This document shows positions 37,570 through 48,162 of a stretch of DNA of 64,000 nt, piece by piece. Positions within the stretch are counted from its first letter, which is position 1. Each line of letters begins with the position of its first letter. The notes below the pieces were generated by a model. That model had not been told where the DNA came from and made no database searches. It saw only the letters and a list, made by a program, of their open reading frames with translations. The DNA lies in NCBI GenBank assembly GCA_030704615.1, contig CM060732.1, positions 61,008,001-61,072,000 of the forward strand. Reading direction: 5' to 3'. Source of the DNA: Takakia lepidozioides (lineage: Eukaryota; Plantae; Bryophyta). The translations under genes were made by a program, and so were the position numbers.

Positions 37570-40390
37570 AATGTGCAGGGTCGCAATGTCCTCACTAACT
37601 TTTAGGTTAGTCTCATCTTAAGTGGGTGTAGTGTTGCTTCTAGTATGGGGCTTTTATCACACGGTACATCATAGTGAAATTGAAGTGCTTATTCTCAAGT
37701 AAATTTGTGTCTTTTGGGGCACTCTACAGTGAGTTTCTTTTGTTGTCAGGGTTAAAGGCCGTATTGTAATTTGACTTGGGATTGGTGCAGGGAATAAATT
37801 TCACCACAAACAAGTTGATGGAGGCTGATAGAGTCACATGTGGATGTGAAAACAACTGACAATTACAGGTTGCGGATTTTCTGCATTGGCTTCACAAAGA
37901 AGCGGCCCAACCACATTAAGCGCACTTGCTAAGCACAATTTCAGCAATGTCAGACAATTTGTACAAGACTCTTTGACAAAATGATGCAATTCTTAGAAGT
38001 TGAATGGTAGTCTCTGAAAGAAATTGAACCTCAAGTACACCAGCCAATAGTTTTTGGGGATGATGAACATGACGGTTGCAATGGTGGTTGCTTGTCAGGA
38101 ACACTGCAAAACTATGTATGGCGCAACCAGTATTTCCATGCAGGTCCTTCACCAGTTTCGTGAGATGCAGCCTTATGTAAGTAGTGTTACCATGTCTCGG
38201 CTTGCTTCGGTGCAAGATGAGGGAGATCATTGTGCGTGAAGCTCAAACTTGTGATTTGAAGGATCTTGTAGCCAAGTTCATTCCAGAGGTGATTGGAAAG
38301 ACATTGAGAAGGCATCAGCCGGTATGTATCCTATACAGAACCCCTTCATCCAGAAAGTAAATATTGTGAAAGCTCCCAGAGTTCATGTGGGCAAGCTTAT
38401 GGTGGTAGAACTCGCCTTCCCTCCTCTAATTTGAGTGTTGGATAAGTTCCAATTTAGTGTCGACGTTCACTGCATACATTGGCTATTTTCTTGGCTGGTA
38501 TCTTGTTGCTTGACTACTTTCATGGGGATCATAGTGAGGAGGTGGGAGCAAAGATAGAGCGACCTGTTGGTGAGTTGGAAGAGCTTGAAGGGGAGCCTGT
38601 TGACGTACCAGGGGGTTACATTTCACGTGTGTAGTGGAAGGGGAGAAGTACTTTATTAAGTTATGCTGCAACAATTTTTGTTTTCCAGCCTACATGTTCT
38701 TGTTGGATATTAATTGAAGTGCTTTCAATGTTGCTGCAATACCATGATATTTAAGTGGAGGCTGCTGAATGCAGTTGGCCTTGCTTGGTGCAAGCATAAT
38801 CCATTGCAATGTGGAGATGGCTGAAACACCATTATAGCATTTCCAAAGGATGGTGTGGATGGCCTTACGTGGTGCATGCAGAGTCCGTGGCAATGTGGAG
38901 ATGGCTGAATGGGCAAAGGAGGCAAGTGGCAAAGAAGCCACGTCACTGATACATAATTGCGTGCGACATACTAGATGAAACTGTATTATATGTCATTCCA
39001 GAGACTGTCCTTGTTGGTCCATGTGTTTTACAACAATGCTATCAATAAAAGAGTACTACCGGTTCGCATTTGAAGCTCAATCCCTGTAAGTTCATTGTGT
39101 GTGAAGCTCAAACTTGTGATTTGAAGGATCTTGTAGCCAAGTTCATTCTAGAGGTGATTGGAAAAGACATTGAGAAAGCAACAGCCGGCTATGGATGGCC
39201 AAGAGAATTATAATGTACTCATAAAGACGTTCTTTGTCGCAGCCTTGTGGCATCATGCCACCCTCCATTTTAATATCAAGAGAGCAGAAACAGTTCTTTC
39301 ATTAATGGTCTTTGTTGTCGCTACAGATTTGTAGGAGGATGAGGGAGATCATTGTGCGTGAAGCTCAATGATGTGATTTGAAGGATAAAGTTCATGCACC
39401 CAGAGGTGATTGGAAAAGACACCAGCCGGTATGTATCCTCTATAGAACACCTTCAACCGAAAAGTAAAAATTCTTAAAGCTCCCAAATTTGATGTGGGCA
39501 TGCTTATGGAGGTAAAACTCAGCTTCCCTCCTCTAATGTAAGTGTTGGATAAGTTTCATTTGTACTAAGACCTTCACTGTATATATTGGCTCTTTTCTTG
39601 GCTGGTATGTTGTTGGTTGGCTTCTTTCATTTCACGTGTGTAGTGGAAGGGGAGAAGTACTTTCCTAAGTTCTGCTGCAACCATGTCTTTTTTCCAGCCT
39701 AGATGTTCTCGATGGATACAAATTGAAGTGCTTTGAATCTAGCTGCAATACTATAATAAAGTAGAGGGTGCTGAATGCAGTTGGCCTTGCTTCCTACAGG
39801 CAGAATCCATGGAAATGTGGACATAGTTAAACCCCATGATAGCATTTCCAGAGGATGATGTGGATGGCCTCACAATCCAGCATGCAGAATCCATGTCAAT
39901 GTGGAGATGGCTGAATGGGCAAACAGATTAAGTGGCGAACAAGCCACGTCATTGGTACATAGTTGCGTGCATACATAGTACATGTAAGTGTACTATTTGT
40001 CATTCCAAAAAATGACCATATTGGTCCATGTATTTTACAACAATGCTATCAATAAAAGACTAATGGTTCGCATTGGAAACTCAATCCCTGTAAGTGGCTT
40101 GTGCGTGATGCTCAAACTTGTGATTTGAAGGATCTTATAGCCCAATTCATTGCAAAGGTGATTGGAAAAGACATTGAGAAGGCAACAACCGGTATCTATC
40201 CTCTACAGATCCCCTTCAATTTGATGTGGGAAAGCTTATGGAGGTCTAGTCTCACTTTCACTCCTCTAATGTCAGTGTTGCATCCATTGACATGTGGAGA
40301 TGCTTGAAACACCATTGGAGCATTTCCAGAGGATGGTGTGGATGGCCTTTCGTGGCGTGTGCCGAATCCATGGCAAGAAAACATTGCAGG
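37570..40390 (+). pseudogene. RPS3A: 40S ribosomal protein S3a (eS1) pseudogene, intron-containing, with tandem copies interleaved with PPR E-domain fragments
   Basis: VQGRNVLTNF* / intron 37606-37790 / [69 protein letters not shown] recurs at ~38215, 39095, 39338 and 40101. ALLGA..IH.NVEMAE pieces lie at ~38775-38910, 39780-39920 and 40290-40380. Confidence 0.85.
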
Positions 40391-40819
40391 CAGAACCCAC
40401 GGCAATGGTAGTTGCACTTGTTGGTCCAATTGCAAAGCCAAAGCCAATTGGTCCAAAGCCAATTGCAACAACAAATGAATAAAGGGTGTTGAAAGGAAAG
40501 CACTCCATAAATTGATCATAAAATCCATTGTCCAAGCATGATATCTTAATGGGAATGCAAAGGGAGTGTTACCACCTTAAGCTATCATGCATAGTCTATA
40601 ACTGGAGTGCACAAATCTAGCACATTAATCCCCATCATCCTCATCTATGTCTGGGTCACTGCATGTATCACTGTCTTCATCATAGACTTCATCTTGTCCA
40701 AGGGTTGGCTGAACATCATCACCACTACTACGGGGTGCTCAGAGGTACAAGGAGGCCACCTGCACTGGAGTAACCGGTATCGCTCGGCTGCGTGTTGGGC
40801 CATCAGTTACCAGAGTCTC

Positions 40820-42720
40820 CTCTAGTCTTTGTGGGGCTAACAATCCTTCCATTTCCGCCACATCATCATTAGCAATTGATATGTCGCAGACCATTCTACG
40901 TGCTCGGAGGCTCTTCTCCAGGACGACTTTCCACCCCGGTTTCTTCACACAATAAAAAAAAAAACACTTGATCAACCTGGCGAAGAAACACAAAAGGTTG
41001 TTCAGAAGGTGGAAACATACGGTTAAAATTGACCAGTGTGAAGCCAACATCATCCTATTTCATTGACATAGGTTGACGAGCCACGCAACACGCCCGTACC
41101 CACGAACACAAAAACAATATAGGCTGTGTTTGGTCATAGTCAATTTGCAAAATCTCCTTTATAAGACCCACATATCTTGTAGGTGATCCATTTCATTGCC
41201 TGAATTGTTAGTAATGGACTGGTGCTGGAAAACAGATGAGACTCCACAATCAAAAGACACCATACTTGTTGTGTTCATGTCGGGGGATGTAACCCTGTAA
41301 TGGTTACTATACGCTGTCATACTCTTGAATGACAGGACAGTAAATGATGGAGGCCTTGAAAAATCCAGTAATTCCTCGTGTGTTGTAGGATCAAGCCCAC
41401 CTGATTGAGTTGAGAGATGATCTCATATACCTTGAGGGAGCCAAACAGCAAATGGAGGACATGGATGCAAATCAGGAGGGTACTGAATTGTCGTGAGATT
41501 GCTCATGCCTTCCAGCCCTTGCTCCTCACGAAACAAGTGCCGTCTGGCTTCTATCCATGTGGACTCTCCTTCATATATCCTATCACAATCCGAGGGTCAG
41601 CCAGGAGATTGACAGAGGTGGCGTGGGAGATATGAAAAAACACCATATGCCAACTAATGAGAAATGACTAAAACTTGGAAATCTGAATGTCAATGGTGTA
41701 GATTTCTTACCCCAACATGACTGATAGGCGAGGATGGTTCTGAATGATGTACTCATGTATAATAGTCACGCAGGTCATTCAATTTTCGGGCTTTAGAACT
41801 TCTTTCCACAACTTCACGTTCCACAGATTCTCCCTCATCTGCATCCCACACCCTTCGTACACTTCCATAAAATCCTGCAATATACTCTGTGCAAAAACCC
41901 AATGCTTCTTCAAATTGGTATCCTTCTGCCATGCTCCCCTTGGGCCTTGCCATGTTTCTTACGTAGCCCTTCATATCTCATTGCCCGCTCCATCGGGTAC
42001 ATCCAACGAGATGTTGCCCGCATAAGTACAACTCGTCCACTAGGTGGACAACCAGATGTGTCATCACATCAAAAAATGATGGTGGGAACTCCTTCTCTAT
42101 AAGACACAGAGTGACAACTGCTTCAATTCCTCATACTCTGCAGGATTCACCACTTTTGCACACAACTTCTTGAATACACGACATACTCGCAAAATGGCCT
42201 TGTGAGGACCACCTGCCATGAGCCCACGGATAGCAAACGATATAATTTGCTGCATGAGCACATGATAGTCATGTGATTTCATGCTAGACAATTTCTTCTT
42301 CACCACATGCTTGTTGAAAGCTGATGTGTAGCCTCTTGGCACTTTCAGGTTCTGCACAATCTCCAGAAAGACTTCTAACTTAGCCTCAGTGAGGACAAGA
42401 GGCATAATTAACGTATATTCTCTGTCAGGATCACGTTGTAGCCACAATTCCGGGTGCATCCCAAGTAGCTCCAAATCACGGCGAACTTTCAATGTGTCTC
42501 TTTCACCGAAGATAGTTTTAATAATATTTTTAGCCAAGTTCTTCTCGCAATGCATTGCATCAAACGTGTGGTGGATGAGGAGGCCCTGCAAAATCAACAC
42601 ATAAGCAATTGAGCATTTAATCATCACAATTTAAACAGAAAACGCAAATGTACACAGCCACTTTAAAGGCCATGAAGTAATTACTTCCCAATAAGGTAAG
42701 ACATATAAAATTGAGCGGAT
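40820..42720 (-). mobile_element. CACTA transposase C-terminal half (DUF4218/DUF4216-type), degraded
   Basis: RSIFYVLPYWE, FDAMHCEKN, SMKSHDYHVLMQQ, WMYPMER..MKGYVRNMARPKGSMAEGY, DDVGFTLVNF..PFVF..QVFF..WKVVL. Confidence 0.9.
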
Positions 42721-42724
42721 AGCA

Positions 42725-43889
42725 AGAATAAGTGGTGCATATTTTTGGCGTTTTCGAGGATGGAGGAGCTGGGGAAGCGGTCATTGCAAAATGTGAACTC
42801 TAAGAAGTGTATGGTAATGGCGGGGGACGGGGCAGAGGGTGGTGGAGTGTTGATGGGGAGCCCTTGGACTACGAGGCGGGAAGGGCATGTACATGATGTA
42901 AGAGGGCGACATATACAGGGGAGTAGCCACGTAGGTACCGTGTGGTCTGGGGGCCGACCTTGGTAGGTGCCCGCATTGATGAGTGAGAACCATCTAGTTT
43001 CATTACGTCGTTGTAGGAGTTTGTGGATGTGCCATATAGTGTGGTTGTGTCGTGCAATACGAAGCCCATGAATGACTGGGTGGGGGCATTGGTTAAGAAG
43101 GTGGAGCTAGGTATCACGTGTGGCGTGGATGTGGGAGCACAGAGGGCAGTTTGGTGAGGAGTATATGGCTGGCCAGAAGGTGTGTTTGTGTTGGTGGCCC
43201 ATGTACTGGCGTATCGGAATTTAAAGGTCTGTCGTATTTGAGCGTCTGATGCAGCTTTGGTGTGCCAGAAGTGGTTGGAGAGTTTGTGGTGGAGTACATC
43301 GGAGAGGGTCCACTTCTGGATATGCAGTTTGGTGTGGCTGAGGGAGGTAGAGGCCTGTTTATTGGCTTCTTTGGTCAGGGTAGTCAAAGATTACGGATTG
43401 GCCTGGGCGTTGGGGGGTCAGGGACTGGGTGTATAAGCCAAAAAGAGTGAGTATGAGCAATGTGTATGGGTCATCCGAGGGTTCAACTGTAGGCTGGGAG
43501 GCACCCAGTTGGGCGAGGAGGTCAGCCTCCTCGTTGCCGTGGATACCTGTGTGTGAACGAACTTTTGAGAAGATGAATGGGTTTATTGATGGAAATGGCT
43601 AGGTTGATAATGGCGGTGATAAGGTTTCGGTCGGGGTGGTGGAGGTGGGAGGAGGGACAAGCCAAGTGGTTGCGAAGTATAAAGAGAGAATTTAGGCTAT
43701 TCGTGAAGATGTAGTATGGGGGTGGGAACGAGGCCAGTTGAGACATAGCTTCAAAAATGGCCATAAGTTCGGCGCGGAGTATGGTCGCAAGGCCTGGGAG
43801 ATGATGTGCCGTACCTTTGTTAGTAGCAGCATGGTAGATGCCGTATCCGGCGCGGGAGCCAGATTGGGAGCCGTATGTGTAGTGTGAGT

Positions 43890-43921
<32 letters not shown>

Positions 43922-45340
43922 TATTTTAGGGAAGTGGGCCCAAGGTGAACCGGGGGGGGGGCGTTTGGGAGATAGTATGAGTGGGGCTGGGGCGGGGGGG
44001 CGCTAAGGTCCATGCTTTTAGCTTAGTGGGTAGTCTGGTGGTGGGGTTGCATGTGGGTGGAGGTGAATACGACGTAAGTAGCATGTTAAGGGTATCGGAA
44101 AGTAGGCGATTGAGATGAGCGGGGAAGTCGGAGGGTATGGGGAGGCATGAGGTAGCTTGGACAAGCAGAATTAGGGTCAGAGTAGTTTCCTTGTGGCGGA
44201 GGTATTTTGGGAATGGTAGGTTGTGTGTGTAGCGAAGATGGTTGGTTTCAATAGCGGCTAACGGTATTACTTCTGGAGAAAGTTGTAGAAGCGCATGTTG
44301 GTGGTCAGGTGAGCTTTGTTGTGTATGAAGAAGAAGAGTGGAGGCAGAGGGGGAGGAGTGGGTTGTGAGGCATGCCCATAGGAGAGCCTCATGTGTGAGG
44401 GGCCCGGGAGGTGGGTGCACAAAGCCACCGCCGGACCAGGAGTGTTGGGTAGCGGGGCCCAAGGCTCCGAATACACAGTCTCGGGGGTGCGAGCTGGCGT
44501 AAGAAGAAAGCTCAAGGGGGCACGTAAATGGGCTGGAGTAGTATGAGTGGGCAAGCTGGAATGTAGAGATGAGGAATTTGAGGATGTCGGAGGGTATAGT
44601 GCTATGGGTATATGCTGGAGCTAGATTATCGGGGGTGTGGGGTTTTTTCGTGGGGGTATCGCGTAAGTATCGGTCAACAAGCCAGCAGACCTCAGTGGCG
44701 AAGTCTTGTTTTGGGGGCTGTAACATAATGGTGTCAGTTGAGGAGGCGTCATATCTATACCAGAGCCTGACGAGCCTGACATTAGAGATAGAGCCGGTGA
44801 AGCGACCGTTCAGTGTATAGATATGGGATGTCAAGTGCCTAGGGCATATAATGGGGGAGATTTGGTTAATATCTTTGTCGGGGTTGCATTCAGAGATGTG
44901 TATATGAATATGCGGAGCGTTCAAGGGGGTACGGATGAAATCGAATGTCGATTGGTTGGATTTGAGAAACATGATGTTAGTGGGTGTGCGCTAAGTAATT
45001 TGTGTTAGTTTTTTTGTAGAAGGTGATAAGGAGGCTGCGGTTGTGAGTAGGATCGCAATCATCATGGGTTCCAAAGAGGTCGTCTTCGATCTGTCAGGTG
45101 TTATCAGTTGCAGGGAAACCCGCCCATTTACATAGGGAATATGTGTCAACACCAGTAGCGCCGTATACGTCGAGGGAGGTTTGAGTCTTGATGCCGAGAA
45201 TAGCTTCAATGACGAAGGCCTCAGGGTGGTTGGGGTTGGCTAGGCAGGGGGGGAGAGGGGGATAGGGGGGTTTAGAGGGAGGGGGGGAAGTTGCTCATGG
45301 CAATTAACGGGGATGGCGAGGGGAGAAGCAGGGGGGTGGG
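42725..45340 (-). mobile_element. Dualen/RandI-like LINE, 5'-truncated: MTase-like domain, RNase H, Cys/His region, restriction-like endonuclease
   Basis: ECNPDKDI; YYSSPFTC..RDCVFGALG..W.GGGFVHPP; RNase H (YTYGS, ILRAELMAIFEA, HTGIHGNEEAD); SNHFW..FKFRY; C-terminal TVPTWLLPCIC..ITIHFLEFTFCNDRF. Frameshifted. Confidence 0.85.
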
Positions 45341-45349
45341 TGAAGAATG

Positions 45350-45989
45350 CGACTTAGTGCTCTATGGTAACTACAAAATGCTTGAGCTATATCAAACCAA
45401 TAGGAAACTAACACATGTACTAAGCTAATAGGATTTCGGCAAACATGGATGGATGAACTCATCCAATGGATGGATCCATCCATGTATATGATTTCAAAAT
45501 GACACGTGTAGTAATAAAGTCATATAAATGCCTTTAAAATGCCACATGTAGTGATTGACTCATATATATGGAGTTATGAAATAATCTGCAATCAGGCAGT
45601 CATAAGTCACATGCCATGTCATGCTGTGGATGAACTCATCCAATGGATAAATACATTCGTGAATTTGCCTTCAATGACACGTGTAGCGATGTAGTTGTAT
45701 AATTAAAGCCGTGAAACCATCTTCAGTCATGGAGTCAAAAGATTCCATGAAACGTTGTCCACGTGTAGTCAAACATATCACACTAGTCATATAAACCATC
45801 CCCGTCATCGTGGTCAACAATGTTTGACCAATGCTCCATAACTTTCCGGAGTCATGTAGTGATATCCATTACTACAAAGTCATAAAACTATGACTGCAAC
45901 GCATTTCAGCGCTCTGTAGTCGTCTACCTAGTGCAGTTTTTATGACTCCGCCAAAGCCGTAGTCCTAAAAACGCTCATCTCTTGTAGTG
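45350..45989 (-). mobile_element. CACTA terminus with subterminal repeats
   Basis: Plus-strand tcttgtagtg at 45980-45989 is CACTACAAGA on the minus strand. Repeated cacgtgtagt, agtcata and ggatgaactcatccaatggat motifs. Same orientation as the 40820-42720 transposase. Confidence 0.7.
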
Positions 45990-46146
45990 AGCAGAGTCTA
46001 TAACCGAGGGAAGAACATGTATTACCATGGGCACAAACTTTCGTGAAATGGGAAGTCGCGGAAGCTGCTAGGGACCAAATATGAGCGACGGAAAATGCAA
46101 GCAAAATGGTACTTGGACATTGTCTGCAAAAATTGGTGTGATGGTA

Positions 46147-46872
46147 TGTCACGGCCCTTCGCCTTGAGGGCAGGGGGTCGGGACACGAGAGGGGCTGCCC
46201 CTGTGGTGGGGGCAGTGGCGACAATAGATGCGAGGGCTAAAGCACCCTTGAGTGCCCAAGGCACTCAAGAGGCGAAGGCGCTCACTAGGTGGAGCCCCGC
46301 ACACCGGGTTGCGGTGGGGGTGGTTCCACGAGGGGTGGTGGTAGCTTAGTGGGACTTAGTGGGGGTGGCGTAGGACTCACCATGGGGGCGAAGTCCTTGT
46401 GGTGGGAGTCGTGGGGAGTCTTGGGACTCATCACGGTCCAATGGGACCGTGGTGAGTGGGCCAAGACTCACCACGACTCATCACCGGGAATCGAGGGTTT
46501 TCGTGGTGGTTCGCCATAAAATGGCATGGTTGTTTGTGAAACCCCCCGCGAACAGTCACAGAAGTATATATAGGGAGTAGTAGCCTCAAGAACGGTGCAA
46601 GTCTGTTGGTGATAAAAAAACTAGTGAGTAAGCATGCGAGCCGGAAAGCGACCAAGGTGTGGAGAGCTATTCCGGACTGCCATCGACCAAAGGGAATTTC
46701 CACTAGGCCCAAATTGGGAGAGGGTCTTGTGGAGGAGTAAAGGGGGACCGTTATGCCCCGGTGAGCAGCCGAAGCTCCGAGTTGGCCCGGCGGCCAGTTT
46801 GGGAGTTAGGCGCGCGTATCAAACGAGTAACTATGACTTGAAGGGGAGCTTACCGAAGTGAGGTGCATGACA
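46147..46872 (+). mobile_element. Solo LTR (Ty3/gypsy-type)
   Basis: TGTCA...TGACA ends with a 5-bp TSD TGGTA (46142-46146, 46873-46877). Homologous to 55749-56438. Confidence 0.88.
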
Positions 46873-48162
46873 TGGTAGGCAAAGCCAACTTTCCTTGATA
46901 AACTTGATCCACTTTCGTAAGGTGAAGAAGATCTAAAGCTGATAGTGGTGAGGTAAATTGGCTCAATTCATTTATGTTGTGTATATAGTGATATTTGGAC
47001 GGCCTTAGAGATAGTTGGGCATTCACTACAACACACCATGGTTTTTAGCACCAACAAAATTTCAGTGTGAGTTTCATTATTTGACAATTTTCACTATTTC
47101 TATCATCACGTAATAAAATATGCTGATATTAATAAAATAATTCACTACTACTATCAAACCTTTCACAGTTGTTTTTTGTCTACTGAACGATGTACTCTTA
47201 AGTTGTTGGGTCTTCTTGGGTCTACCATACTACGGTCTACACATTGACAGCTGTAATTATGGAAATATAGTTTCAATAACTAAAAGTGAAAGTTTTTTAC
47301 GATAACTTGACATGTAGACAAACATTTGATAGTGGTAGTAAATTATATTATTACCACTATCAACATTTGACATTGACAGTTGTAATTACAAATAGCATAT
47401 ATATGTACTATATACAAATGTTGTTAAATAATAGTGAAAGGATATACTATGACTCCAATAAGAATGGCCCAAAACCGAAAAAATTGTATCAAACAATAGT
47501 CATTCTTCACTATGACTCAAATGACGATGTTGAAAAAATTAAAAATAATTTTGCATTCACACGTCTTGTGTATATTCCCGTGTGTATTTCTTGTAGGGTC
47601 ACACTTGTACTCGTTGTCTCTTTGCCCTTTTATGTTAGGGCTATGCTTCTGTTTGCTTTATGGCCCTGGAACGGCGTTTTTTTTTTTCTTTTGTTGTTTG
47701 CTTCGTGCGCAGGAATATGGATTTGCCTTGCTCCAGCAAGAAAGGCTCAAAAGCAAAAAAAATAGTATGAAACAACTAGTCATTCTTCATTATTTCTCAA
47801 ATAATATTGTTGAAAAGTGTAGGAACAATAGTGTATACACAAAATGAAGGATGGCTTGACAATAGGATATCACATGTATGTCCCTACCGGTTTGGGAAAC
47901 CTGCACCTACGATCTTAGCACTTCAATGCTACCGGTTTAATTCCTCGGAACGGCTTTTTTTTCCTCTTGTTGTTTGTTTCTTGTTCGCATGAATATGGAT
48001 TTGCCTTGTTTTTTTAACAACAACAGTAAGACTATGGGCTACAAGCATCAAAAGACAGGCAATACCTTGACTCAAGAGCTAGGCGCCGACATGCCACGTG
48101 TACTTTCAATATTGGTCATGTTAGTTTTTGAATGGAGAAGTGTGCACTGTGAACAACTACTC

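Noticed and set aside
43893-43921. Poly-G run as a G-quadruplex or regulatory element
   Set aside because: It lies in the Pro-rich linker of the LINE, and homopolymer length may be a slippage or sequencing artefact.
46873-46884. Primer-binding site after the LTR (tggta...)
   Set aside because: TGGTA also precedes the LTR, so it is the TSD, and the sequence does not continue as tggtatcag.
47024-47830. CACTA start (cactacaac) as the left end of the MTase element; 159-aa ORF
   Set aside because: No matching right TIR or TSD was found. The ORF is AT-rich, low-complexity and has no motifs.
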